A stretch of 63,563 bases of DNA, the filler included, from Chrysochromulina tobinii (lineage: Eukaryota), in NCBI GenBank assembly GCA_001275005.1. It is 6 parts of 6 records of this genome, joined end to end, with 100 filler letters (N's around TTAATTAATTAA, not from the genome) between each part and the next. Parts side by side here need not be neighbours in the genome. Positions count along the whole stretch, not along the records: positions 25,724 to 36,929 come from JWZX01000736.1; positions 37,030 to 51,604 come from JWZX01000737.1; 4 more parts are not named here. One strand, given 5' to 3'. The notes beneath the pieces are model-generated. The model was not told the DNA's origin and made no database searches. It saw only the letters and a list, made by a program, of their open reading frames with translations. A program made the position numbers and the translations under genes. Positions 28,387 through 39,130 of the stretch are shown in pieces. How positions within the stretch are numbered: the stretch's first letter is position 1; each line of letters opens with the position of its first letter.

Positions 28387-30840
28387 TTACCAATCACTCA
28401 GGTCCAAGGCTTGCTGCGGCTGCCTGGGTTTGGGGAGAGTGTGGCTCTCCTTCCCCTGCAGCTTCCGCGAGGCTTTGCTGATCTCTGCTAGCCAGATGAA
28501 TTCAGCTGCCTTCTCATCTGGCACGACTTCGAACGCCAGCCGCTCGCTGCGATCGACAAGTGAGACATTCGCTCCAGCATCGACCAGAAAGTGCGCAGTC
28601 TCAACCTGCGCGGCGCGGGCTGCCGCATGCAGTGCGGTCTTGCCAGAACTGGGCTGCGCGTCGATCATGGCGCCTCTGGCGAGCAGCAAGCGCACTGCTT
28701 CGAGCGCTCCCGATGCAGCTGCCAGCTCCAATGGCCGGCGATCCCCCAGGTTGACTGTGTCTGGGGCAGCCTCGAGAAGAAGCTGGCAAACGGCTGCTTT
28801 CCCAGCAGCGGCAGCTACCGCAAGGGGCGTGACTCCATCGTAGTCGCTGGCTCGTGGGTCAACTCGAAGACGAAGGAGCTCTTGGGCGGCTGCAGCGGAG
28901 CCGGCAAGAGCTGCAGAGTGTAACGCACTCCTGCCACGCACATCCAGACACGCGGCGCCTGTTGGCTTTGCGTGCTCCCACAGAATCTGGAGTGCGCGAG
29001 GCCGGTTTGCCGTGGCTGCCAAGTGAAGCCCATTCTCGAGCTGCGAGCCGAAACCAAACAGCAGTGAGCCTCCTCCGGCATGCTCAGCACCGTGAGCTCC
29101 GCGTTGCAGCAGCACAAGTTGCCTTTGCAAGCGACCAGAGTCCTCATCGGGCGGCTCGCTCACCAGCAGGGCGCAGGCAAGTAGTTCATCTGCACTCCAC
29201 TGCACATCGACCACATAGCACAATCCATACCCGTCCTCTTTGTGCTCCTGCTGTTGTGGCAGAGCACCAGCAGCGAATGCGGCCGCAGCGTTGCGTGCAG
29301 CACGATGATCCAATGGGTGTAGGACAGCCAGCGCGGGCGTGACGCCACCTTCGGGGAAGAGCTTGTACCATTGCATGCACTCGGTGATCAAGTTGCGCAG
29401 CGGAAGCGCGGGTGTGCTCGGGGTCACCGAGTGCGGGCTCTCGACGACTTCAAGGGCGCCAGCAGGATCTTCCTCAGCACCCACGCCGACGCCCAGGCTG
29501 CGACTGCGTACGTAGAGATGGACAGTGAGCATCGCTCGTCTGTGGCGCATGCCGTCGTGGACTCCGCCCTTTTCTCCGCCCCCCACAACCGCCCGTCGCG
29601 TCAGGCGGAACACGTGTTGCTGAGAAAGGCTGCAATAGAGGCGCCTCCGTACGGTGGCATCCAGCGGCAGCCGCTCGTGCAAGTGCAGGAATGCGGCCGT
29701 AGCGCTCGCCTGCGGCGGCACCCAGCCGAGGGCTTTGGCCTCTTGCAAGGCGTTCCAGCACAGGGGCAACAGCGGCCTCTGCAACTCAAAGAGCAATAGT
29801 GTAGCGGCAGCGGCGAGGGACACTCCGGGAAGCACCGCCAGCGCCCGCAGACCCGCCCATGTCTCCATGGGTCTCAGCCAGTCGAGTGTCACACGGCCAT
29901 GCACCTCGCGGATGCGCCTCAGCAGAGCGACGATACGTGAAGCGCGCGAATCCCGCCAGGCCTGCTGGGCATCCTTGGGAGTGTCGTCGTAGAAATAGTC
30001 ATCCTCAGCAGCCTCGCAAAGTGCGAGGCTGACGTGCGACGTGCGGAGCGAGGCGACCGCTCCCCAGTCGAGCAGCTCGGTGGCTTGCTCGGTGGCTTCC
30101 GGCGGCATCGGCGCATCCCCACTCCGATTGGGGACCACGGCCTCGGCTCGCAGGCAACCAAGGAAGGCGACGAACAGTTCTGGCGTGAACCCAGACGGTG
30201 AGAAGGGGTCGGCCAGAAGCAGCTGCACCAGCGCCGCAAGCAAGTTGCACGAGGAGAGTCCCACCGCCTCTGGCCGAAGCAGGCTCCGCCCAGAAGCTGC
30301 GTCAGCGCTCGTGCGCTCTTGGTCACGCTTGAAGAGACCGCCGGAAAGGAATGCGTCGACGTCCGTAGCTTTTGGCATCCGCCAATGGGGGAACGGACTC
30401 TCTTTCCCTACTGCTGCGAATGCGCTTCCGCCGGCTGCTGCTGGTGCGTTGACGTTACCGGCTGTGCTGGCGGCAGCAGCATCTTCCTCGACCTCAACAA
30501 CAGGTGCTGGCGGCAGAGGATTTTCTATGATTGGTGAATCCGTCGGTGCCGTCTCGAGCTCGAAGGCGAATCTCCGTATGGCGTGGCGGGCTAGGCTGCC
30601 CTCGTATTGCTCGCGCGAAGCCAACGTGTCCCACAGCCTCACAAGTCGCCGCAAGATGGGCTGGGCGAGTTGCACAGAGCCATGCTGGAAAGCCTCACGG
30701 ATGCGTGCATTTTCCGCATCGCCGTCGGCCCGAATTGCGATGGCTAGCAAGATGCGCGCCGCCTCGTAATTGCCAGCACGGAGGGCTTGCTCTGTGCCTG
30801 TCGTCAAGGCCGCAGCAAGGTCTTGGTCGCAGCTAGGCAT
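28387..30840 (-). CDS. HhH-GPD (endonuclease III/DEMETER-like) glycosylase-fold domain, catalytically degenerate, fused to C-terminal ankyrin repeats
   Basis: DWGAVA...RASRIVALLRRIREVHGRVTLDWLR...LAVLPGVSLAAAATLLLFELQRPLLPLC...LGWVP...HLHERLP follows the HhH-GPD pattern. Ankyrin motifs GRSALHSAA, GVTPLAVAA, RPLELAA, GKTALHAAA. Confidence 0.8.
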   Translation of the reverse strand: MPSCDQDLAAALTTGTEQALRAGNYEAARILLAIAIRADGDAENARIREAFQHGSVQLAQPILRRLVRLWDTLASREQYEGSLARHAIRRFAFELETAPTDSPIIENPLPPAPVVEVEEDAAAASTAGNVNAPAAAGGSAFAAVGKESPFPHWRMPKATDVDAFLSGGLFKRDQERTSADAASGRSLLRPEAVGLSSCNLLAALVQLLLADPFSPSGFTPELFVAFLGCLRAEAVVPNRSGDAPMPPEATEQATELLDWGAVASLRTSHVSLALCEAAEDDYFYDDTPKDAQQAWRDSRASRIVALLRRIREVHGRVTLDWLRPMETWAGLRALAVLPGVSLAAAATLLLFELQRPLLPLCWNALQEAKALGWVPPQASATAAFLHLHERLPLDATVRRRLYCSLSQQHVFRLTRRAVVGGGEKGGVHDGMRHRRAMLTVHLYVRSRSLGVGVGAEEDPAGALEVVESPHSVTPSTPALPLRNLITECMQWYKLFPEGGVTPALAVLHPLDHRAARNAAAAFAAGALPQQQEHKEDGYGLCYVVDVQWSADELLACALLVSEPPDEDSGRLQRQLVLLQRGAHGAEHAGGGSLLFGFGSQLENGLHLAATANRPRALQILWEHAKPTGAACLDVRGRSALHSAALAGSAAAAQELLRLRVDPRASDYDGVTPLAVAAAAGKAAVCQLLLEAAPDTVNLGDRRPLELAAASGALEAVRLLLARGAMIDAQPSSGKTALHAAARAAQVETAHFLVDAGANVSLVDRSERLAFEVVPDEKAAEFIWLAEISKASRKLQGKESHTLPKPRQPQQALDLSDW

Positions 30841-32182
30841 CGGAATTCAGTTTTAATACACACAACACGTAAACAACGGAGCCGTGAAGAGAATACAGTA
30901 CAATGAAATACAGGCCAGCCGTGAGACACATGCAGACAGAGAGCCGAGAGAAAACCTGATAAAAGAGAGAGCGGCAGGCCCCAGTATGAACTCGGGAGGG
31001 AGCGCGCCCGCCGACATGGGCGGTGAACCCCCAGATGGGCGCGCCACAGAACTGGAAGGTTTTGAGGCCCGGGGTGTGAACATCCCGTTCACGTTCACGT
31101 TAGATCAATGATAAGGCAAGACGCACAGCCACCGGTTAAACATCCCTTTCGGGCCGGCCGAGTGAACCCCACCGTGAAGAGGAGAAAATAAGAGAACACA
31201 CTTGTTACGAAGTGACACCGCCCGTCGCCGGGGCGGATACAGGACCCCCTGTCGTGCCTCCTGGCAGTCACCAACTTACCATGGAGCACAAACATCTGAA
31301 CCACTGCGTTCGTCTCATGCGGTCATAAATGCGGTCAAGCGCACCCATCTTGGCATCGGCTGTTGAGGCCCCACCGCGTCGACCGCAGGCTCCGCACTCG
31401 AGGCTTCCTCAGTTCCTCTCCACGCTCTGTTTGAGGATAGAGGTATAGAGCCACGCATCGGCGAAAGCGGCTGCAAGCCTGTGGGCAGCACGCGCACACC
31501 TCATCCTTACTGCAGCACCGACCCGCGTGCTGTATCCAAACCCAGAAAACTCGACGGTTGCTTGCGGAATTGAACCCCTATTTTCGAAGCAAGTTACGAG
31601 CGACATGTTCTGGTAAAAACTAAAAAGACACATACTGTTCTTCTGTTCGGGGGGAGCCGGGACACACACGGGACACACGGGCACACGGATCACACAAGGG
31701 GGATCACATCATCACACCCTGGCGAACCTCACAAACAACCATTCCCAACGTACCTGTACCGGTACCCAAAGCTCCCCCCGGTGTTTTTGAACCGTACCCA
31801 AAGTACCCACTACCCGGTAAGCACTAACGCAGCAGCACGACCGCGCGACGACCGTGGATCCGCAAGTCATGGCAAGTGGATCCGTGGAATGTACGAATGT
31901 TCCGCGGCCGACTCAACAGCCGCAGCCCCGGAGCCGACCGCTTCCCGCGGCCGACTCAGAAGAAGCCGCCCCTTAATAAGAACGCGCCCCGCGCATGAGC
32001 GCGCGCGCCGAAGTGCAGTTTACCGGTACAGTACCGGTAACCGAAACCGATCAGGAAAACCCACGAGAATGTCGAGTGCCATGAGCTTCTAAGCGGCAGA
32101 CCGGCAACGTTCCGACTCACGGACGCACGCGCACGCAAGCCCTCGGCCATTCCTCGGCCCTACCGGTACAGTACTTGTCGAG

Positions 32183-33352
32183 ATGGCCTTTGGCTTTGCG
32201 GCCGGCATGATGGTCATGGCCGCGAGCCAAAACACCAAGGGGCACGCCAAGAACGCCGAGAACGCCAAGGCCGCTTTCCCCAAGGAAGCACTCACGGAGG
32301 CGGAGCTCAAGCGGTGGGTCGTCAAGCCGGGCCAGAGTGTCCCTGTGATCGTGCGACCACCCCTGGGCTCAAACGTCAGCATCGAGGGGTACCAGTCAAG
32401 CGAGATGGAGCTGACGTGGCTGACTGGCGATATCGCAAATGGCACGTTGTGCGATCACGCCAGAAAGCCCGCGATCACCGCGAACGCTCAAACTTGGGTC
32501 GAGTACTCAAGTCAACGAGGCGTGTGGGCGCCTGACCAACGCCCAGCAGCAAAGCCAACGCCGCAGCAAACGAAGGTGCTCTCACACTTTCTCGTGCGAG
32601 GGCATCAGGAGCCCATCGAGCCGCTGCACGGTGTGGCGCGCCATCCGTTTGGAGTAACGAAATGCGCCCAAAACGCCACCGGACATTCCGTGGGTCTATT
32701 TGACATAACCTACTTGGTGATTTACAACGACTGCGGCCGTCAACAGCGGCCCCAGCCGATGCCAAAGCCACGGGTTCTGCTATTTGATATGGGCGCTTCG
32801 CAGGGTTTCTACCAGATTCCTACGGGGGTGCCGGCGAAGGTGCACAATGGCGGTGACTTTTCCCCGTCAGTGCCGCTGTTCTACAGGCTGTACAAGGACA
32901 GGTGCTTGGAGCCCGACGCTATTTTTTGCTGGGAGCTTAACAAAGTCATCACGAGTTCGGACTGGTGGGGCGACGCGGGCCCCGAGATCCGGCGCAAAGT
33001 TCGCTTCTTCGAGGTGCCAGTAATGGAGGGGGAGCTGCATGATGCCATTGCAGGTGCACGCAACCCCAATTCATTTCTACAAATGCTCCAGCTCGAGGCC
33101 AACCCTGACGACTTTGTGGTGGTGAAGCTCGACATCGACACACCGGCGATCGAGCAGACCATAATCGCTACAATCACCCAGCGGCCCGACCTTGCCGCAC
33201 TGATTGACGAGCTGTTCTTTGAGTACCACTTTCACTTTGACGGTCTCAACTTCGGCTGGGGGTCTGTGCCGGAGCCGATCAGCGTCGACGCGGCGCTCGC
33301 CACAATGCACCGCCTGCGAGAGCTCGGCATCCGCGCGCACTTTTGGATCTGA
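32183..33352 (+). CDS. FkbM-like (Methyltransf_21-type) SAM-dependent methyltransferase-fold protein
   Basis: LLFDMGAS, AIFCWE, DDFVVVKLDID and LIDELFFEYH motifs in a single 389-aa ORF. Confidence 0.75.
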   Translation: MAFGFAAGMMVMAASQNTKGHAKNAENAKAAFPKEALTEAELKRWVVKPGQSVPVIVRPPLGSNVSIEGYQSSEMELTWLTGDIANGTLCDHARKPAITANAQTWVEYSSQRGVWAPDQRPAAKPTPQQTKVLSHFLVRGHQEPIEPLHGVARHPFGVTKCAQNATGHSVGLFDITYLVIYNDCGRQQRPQPMPKPRVLLFDMGASQGFYQIPTGVPAKVHNGGDFSPSVPLFYRLYKDRCLEPDAIFCWELNKVITSSDWWGDAGPEIRRKVRFFEVPVMEGELHDAIAGARNPNSFLQMLQLEANPDDFVVVKLDIDTPAIEQTIIATITQRPDLAALIDELFFEYHFHFDGLNFGWGSVPEPISVDAALATMHRLRELGIRAHFWI

Positions 33353-34205
33353 GCCCACGTAATCGGTCATGGTAACACGAAATGCACTTTAGGGTGAACC
33401 TCTGCCGACTGTGAATGCGCGGAGCCGAGCATGGCGGGGGCGAGGCGGGGGTGCCTCTTCCGCACGAGATCTCTGGCAATGCTAACGTGGGGAGCTGAAA
33501 ACAACTGGACATCATCGGGGCGACGACCGAGACGATTAATCTCGCGCGATCGGCGATGAGCGCGTGACCGCGTGCGCAAGTACCTTTACCTAGATCATCT
33601 AAAGTACTTATTTTGGGGATAACTTGGCAGATGACGAACTCTCGCATGCTCTCTACGCCCGACACAGATGATTAGAAGATGACTGCTGCCGCTAGATAGA
33701 AACTAGTTACTAGATAGCCACTAACCGGTCACTAGAGGGAGCGGGAGGGCCGGGCGGGGGCATCGAGTTGAGTGTGGCGACACAGTCGCGGACCCGGAAG
33801 CTCCACAGGCACGTCCTCACAATGCAGGGAGTGTGGTGCTCGAAGCGGTGTTTGAGCATGTGCAGGTCGAGCTGGGCGCGTCGTGCGCGATGCCGTAGCC
33901 TTCGTCATAAACATGCCGCCCGCCTGGAGGTAGCACAGTCGATGGCGCGCCCGACGCTGTCACGTGTACGTCACGTGCATCACAAACGCGTCGATAATTG
34001 CCGCGACTTGTGAGCAGCGTCGAGCCGAGCGATGCCTTGTCCCGGAAGCCGCCGCCCGTCACAAGAACCACTCCCGTACCGCGCCATTGTACGCGATGCC
34101 GAGGCTGGCGGCCCGCGCAAAGCATTCCGATACGCCGATCCTGAAAAGTGCGTATCCGCGCCTCGCGCCTCGTGTCCGGCGTCGCCACTCTGCAAGCCGC
34201 CGCTT

Positions 34206-35411
34206 TTAAGTGCTGCCTGAACTTTCTGCACTCGGCTGCACGGGACGACTTCTATCGGGCCAAGGCAATCGGTGGCACGAGCAAGTGATCTTGTCCCCGC
34301 GGTTGGGCGCCTGGGTATTGGCGGTGCCGCCGTCGTTGCCGCCGCGCTGCCGCGAGAAGCGCACGAGCTGAAGCTTGTGATTGAGCTGATGCGAGAGCCG
34401 TTCAAAGGCAAGCTGGGCGAGCGGCAGGTGTGAGGGTATCCAGTCGAGAACGAAGATTCCGCTCACGTCGCTCACGTCATACACGGAGGCAACTTGGCTG
34501 ATGGCCCCGGCGTACCTCGCAAACGGGCAGCGCTCGAGCAAGCCAGCGTCCTCGTGAAGTAGAGCACGAAAGCGCTCTTGCTGGCGGAGCATCGATGGCA
34601 CCGTCTTGAAGAGGCAGTTGGCGGCAGAACTAGCGAGCACGCGGCTGAGCGCCACGTGTGCAGGCCACCTACCGAGGGTCTTATTCCCTACGTTTCGGAT
34701 GTTGACGTTGGACCTGCCTGTTGACATGCCCTTCTTCCTACCCTCCTTGCTGCCCTCCTTGCTGGTATGCATGCCACGTCCGTGAAGCTGGCGTGAAGAG
34801 GCGCCCTTGGAGATAGCGTACGAGGCAATCGCGGGGTGAACGTGGTTGCAGAACTGCTGCGTGACCTCGAAGCGCAGCGCCGCGTGTTGATCTTCGTCTT
34901 TGCACGTGGGCCGTCGTTTGGTCGTCCACGCATCGAATGCGTGAGCTCCTACCACGCGCGTCGATCCGCGCAGTACGAGCCCGAAGCTGTTGGCATACGT
35001 GGCGTACTCCACGTTGATCGAACCCGCGCGTAGCACCGAGGTGGGCCGCGGCCCTGCAGAGCCGACCCAAGGCCCATCACGCAGGATGACCGGTGAAGTC
35101 TCACGCCGTGCGCAGTTTCTGAACTGTTGGACCCGCACGTCGCTCGCGTTGACCGACACCATCGTGAGTAGCGGTGCACCATATGCCGGCGGGTAGAAGG
35201 AGCTCGCGTGTCCGGGTCCGTAGCGGTCGATTGGGAGACGCAGATGTGTCGTGTCCGCCTCGTGCGCAGGATCGTGCGGAAGCGAGTTCCAGCTACCTTC
35301 ACACTCGAACGCTCGCACGAGCACGCCGTGCTGCGACTGAAAGAGAGTGCATGGCTCGCAGTCTGACGTTCCTGTGTGTCCACGATGATGGCACGCCTCA
35401 AGAGAGCACAT
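34206..35411 (-). CDS. Hypothetical protein (401 aa)
   Basis: Long ORF with globular-looking composition and an AT-rich upstream region; no family recognised. Confidence 0.55.
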   Translation of the reverse strand: MCSLEACHHRGHTGTSDCEPCTLFQSQHGVLVRAFECEGSWNSLPHDPAHEADTTHLRLPIDRYGPGHASSFYPPAYGAPLLTMVSVNASDVRVQQFRNCARRETSPVILRDGPWVGSAGPRPTSVLRAGSINVEYATYANSFGLVLRGSTRVVGAHAFDAWTTKRRPTCKDEDQHAALRFEVTQQFCNHVHPAIASYAISKGASSRQLHGRGMHTSKEGSKEGRKKGMSTGRSNVNIRNVGNKTLGRWPAHVALSRVLASSAANCLFKTVPSMLRQQERFRALLHEDAGLLERCPFARYAGAISQVASVYDVSDVSGIFVLDWIPSHLPLAQLAFERLSHQLNHKLQLVRFSRQRGGNDGGTANTQAPNRGDKITCSCHRLPWPDRSRPVQPSAESSGST

Positions 35412-35722
35412 GTTTTGTCAGCACACCTCTGTTCCTCGATCAATTTCCTCATCTATCTTCATCATTTAAATAAAATGAAAACAGGAAATCAAAGCAAAAA
35501 GTCGTTGGCATGCATAATGACGGGAAAAAGCTGAGCAACTCACTTGCGATTTGCGTTGCATCCCCTCGAGAGTGTTCCCTGTGAATTCTCGCCGGCCGTC
35601 GTGCTGAGCTCTTCTTTCCGGGGACGCTCGCGGTCGGTCACGGAGACAGCGGAAACATCTCTCTTGGCAGAAGGATCCCTCTCCCGAAGAGATCAGGGCT
35701 CTCCCAATCTGCCCTTGACACG

Positions 35723-36929
35723 ATGTGGCCCTCAAGGGCCGCCTATTCGCCATACCCACCATACCCAGGCTACGCACCACCGCCTCCTGGCTGGCCGGCG
35801 GCCACGCCAGCGCTGATGCCACATCATCTGCATCATCCAACTCCGCAGCACATGCTCCCGCCTTCTCCGATGCCATATGGCCACCACCACCACCACCCAA
35901 TGCCGCCGAATCCTCAGTCTCTGCAACATGCATGGCCGCCGCCAGCACGTCCCACCCAGGCGCAGGTGCCGGTGCCGCTGGCCACTCCGAGTGGGCCTGT
36001 CGCCAGCCCAGGAAGCCCGACCAAAGGCAGCCCTAGCAGCAAAGGCAAAGGTAAGGGAGTTACAGCCAAGGGCGGCAAAGGAGGCGGCAGCGGCAAGGGC
36101 AGCAAAGGCGGCAAGGGCAGCAAAGGCGCCGGCAAGGGCGGCGGTCGGGGCAAGGGCCATGACTCACGGAGCGACGGCGGCGGCGACGGCAGCTCTTATG
36201 CACACGATGATGGTGACGACGGCGATGGCGACGGCGATGACGAGGAGGCGGCTCTCGCGCGTCGGTTGGGCGTTGTCAAGCAGAGCGCCCCGATGAGCGA
36301 CGAAGAGCTCAAAGCGTATCTCGAAGCCCGGCGTAAGAATTGGCCAAGTTCGTCGAACGTGTTGCGCAAGCAGGCCGAGAAAGAGAAGTGCGCAGAGAGC
36401 GGCGGGCTTGGGCCTGCACAGCCGCAGCTGGGCGGTCGATATCGCGAGGGCACTGATCGCGAGGGCGGCCGTGGTAAGGGCAAGGGCGACCGTGGTAAGG
36501 GCAAGGGGGGCAAAGGCGGCAAGGGCAGCAAAGGTGGCAAAGGTGCCAAGGGCAAAGGCGGTGGGCGCGGCGGGCGCGGCGGCGGCGATGACGAGTCTTC
36601 CGGATGGTCCTCGCGTGCCGAGGCGGTCGGTGCCCAACACGGCGCGGGTGCCCAGCGTGGCGCGTGCCTCCCGCCGGCCCCGTCGAGCCTGCAGCGAAGC
36701 GCCGTACCGGGCGCATTGCCCGCGGCCCCTTCGGACGCGCTGCCTTTCGGCGAGGCGGCGACTGCGGCGGCAGTGCATGCACATGTGGCGGCGTCGCAGT
36801 CGCACGCGCGCACGGCGGCGCCCTCGACGGCGCCTTCGGAGGCGGAGGCGAGCAACGCGCTGAGTCTGCTGAGCGCGTTGTATGCCGATTCGGACGATGA
36901 GATGGAGGAGGTGGCGAGGGAGGGCGGGG
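35723..36929 (+). CDS. NUFIP1/Rsa1-like box C/D snoRNP assembly factor, 3' truncated
   Basis: SDEELKAYLEARRKNWPS matches the NUFIP1 conserved motif (EEIxxWxEERRKNYPT type). It also has an LSLLSALYADSDDE segment, a Pro-rich N-terminus and GKG/RGG low-complexity tracts. Confidence 0.75.
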
Positions 36930-37029
36930 NNNNNNNNNNNNNNNNNNNNNNNNNNNNNNNNNNNNNNNNNNNNTTAATTAATTAANNNNNNNNNNNNNNN
37001 NNNNNNNNNNNNNNNNNNNNNNNNNNNNN
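36930..37029. other. Artificial contig linker
   Basis: 44 N + TTAATTAATTAA + 44 N. Confidence 0.99.
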
Positions 37030-37679
37030 CATACCGCCCGGCCTACCGCCGCCCTGCCTGGCTCCGGCGCCTCCTCTGCCGCCGCCCTGCCCACCTCCAG
37101 CGCCTCCGCCCCCGCCGCCCCGCCCGCCGGTGCCTCCGACTCCGCCTTCAGCTTCGAAACTTCCGAAGATGCTGCCAAAGCAGCCTCTGCATCGGCGTCA
37201 GCCTCCGCTGCCTCAACCTTCACAACTACCAGAGTATCTGCAGCTTGGTAATTCGGAGCTGGGCTATCATCCTCCAGCGCGACCTTTGGTGCATCAGCCT
37301 TGCTCCTTGCGCGTTGTCGCTTCTGTTGCTGGTGTTGCTGAGGCGTCAACTCCGTCAGTGCAGCCTTTCGCTTCGCAACGGGCGCGGAAGGTAAAGAATC
37401 TGCTGCCTGAGATTGTGCTTCGAGCAGCTTGATGTGCTTCCTTAGAACGCGCGCCTCGAAATCACCATCATCATAATCTATGTCATACCGCTCATCTTCG
37501 TGGCAGGAGACCACGGTGCCCTCAAACCAGCCTGTCCCACCTCGGGCTGCATGGAATTTCGCCTCTACACGCGTGCCAATTCTTAGAGGTGCGTCGAAGT
37601 GCGGTGCGCGCCCGGGAGCATGCTCGTCGGGAAGAGCTGCGAGCGCTTCGGCACCGCGGCTTCGGCGGCCTTGCGACAT
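37030..37679 (-). CDS. Tudor-like domain protein, 3' truncated
   Basis: GTRVEAKF...WFEGTV...YDIDYDDGDFE Tudor-like signature. Confidence 0.75.
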
Positions 37680-37849
37680 TTTTATATAAGTTTCGTTGTG
37701 CGTTGGGGTTCGCGGGTTCGGGTTAGAAGGGGCTCAGCGCCATCTTCGTGCGCGCGCGCGCGCGTCATGTTTTCCTGTTCACAGCTTTCCTCGGAAGGCG
37801 ATCTCGCGGACCTCGCTCGCACGCTCGACACTCTCATCACCCCGAAGAC

Positions 37850-38665
37850 ATGTCCTTGCTTCGCGTGGGTTTTCTGTCGGTGATGCGTCGCGCGCCGACT
37901 CGGTACACGGTCGCTGCCGTGTGCCCTCGGCTGCCGTCGCTGAGCTCGCTTGTCCTGCCGCATCGCACACACGGTAGTGGCCATCACCGTGGCCTGTCCG
38001 CATCAGCCTCGCCCTCACATCCTTCAGACGAACATCCAGAGTTTGAGCGCGGCATGTCGCTCATGGATAGCGGCAAGGTTGGGGAGGCGATTGATGCTTT
38101 TGCTGCAGCAGCGGCACATGGCAGTGCTGGGGGTAACTACTTCCTTGCGCTCGCTTACGACAACCTCCTTGGAGAAAACGCGGCTGGTGAGCCGTGGGTG
38201 GAACCAGATGCGCAGGCCGCCTTCCGCTGCTACCAGCGCGCGACAGAGGCGGGACATGCGGAGGCGGCGATGAACCTTGCCCTGTGTTATCGCAACGGCG
38301 ATGGCGTTGAGAAGCACATTGGCAAGGCGATCGAGGTTCTCGAGCTTAGTGCAGCGCTTGGGAGCGATCGAGCGCAGTACAACCTCGGAGTGGCGCTCGA
38401 CCCTCTGTTGCCACCGTGGGGGACACCCGGCGCCACTTTGCCCGATAAGGCCATGGTTCGCAAGGATCCGGTCCGCGCCGCCGCCTTTTATCGGCAGGCG
38501 GCAGATCAGGGCCACGCGAAGGCCAAGGTCAACTTGGGCATCTTCCTGTACACAGCCACCGTCCCAGGCAGCAAGACTGATAAGGCGGGTGCGGAGGCCC
38601 TGTGGAAGGAGGCACACGAGGATGGTGTGCCCGAGGCGGAGATGTGCTTGCGCAACATGACGTGA
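37850..38665 (+). CDS. Sel1-repeat protein with a possible mitochondrial presequence
   Basis: GHAEAAMNLALCYRNGDGVEK, GSDRAQYNLG, AADQGHAKAKVNLG repeats. The N-terminus is Arg/Ser-rich and lacks acidic residues. Confidence 0.88.
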   Translation: MSLLRVGFLSVMRRAPTRYTVAAVCPRLPSLSSLVLPHRTHGSGHHRGLSASASPSHPSDEHPEFERGMSLMDSGKVGEAIDAFAAAAAHGSAGGNYFLALAYDNLLGENAAGEPWVEPDAQAAFRCYQRATEAGHAEAAMNLALCYRNGDGVEKHIGKAIEVLELSAALGSDRAQYNLGVALDPLLPPWGTPGATLPDKAMVRKDPVRAAAFYRQAADQGHAKAKVNLGIFLYTATVPGSKTDKAGAEALWKEAHEDGVPEAEMCLRNMT

Positions 38666-39130
38666 GTGAGAGGTTAGATGGATGGTGGAGAGCATGCTGA
38701 GCGCCAGCTTGGCTTCCCGCTCGGCAATGATGTATCGCTCGCCTCCGCGCCGTCATCGGATCCATCACGCGCCCGGGAATGTCAGAAGAACCCGGGACGC
38801 GGTAGTCGGTACGGCGGGGGGCACAGTCTAGGCACAATCCCGCACGTCGAAAGTTGTGACTTAGTGCGATGTGGGATGTGATGCGAGGATGTGTGCGGAT
38901 GGAAATGGAGCGGAGAACAGGACGTCTTGTAGTCTGTGCGCCCGCGCCGCGCGGCGTGGGAAGGGCGGCCCCGCCCACACGGCACGCCATAGCACGCACC
39001 GCACACGCCCGGCGCGGCGGGATTCACAAACGGCGGTTCTTCTGTACCGCGCGCGCGTCAGCCGTACAGGTCCGCCGCCCCGCGCCCCGCGTCGTCCCAC
39101 CTCACGCGACTCACCTGCTCTCTCAAGACT

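Noticed and set aside
30853..31700. Possible small spliced gene upstream of the glycosylase-like gene
   Set aside because: A GTAAGT donor-like site exists near 31275, but I could not build a convincing reading frame or domain.
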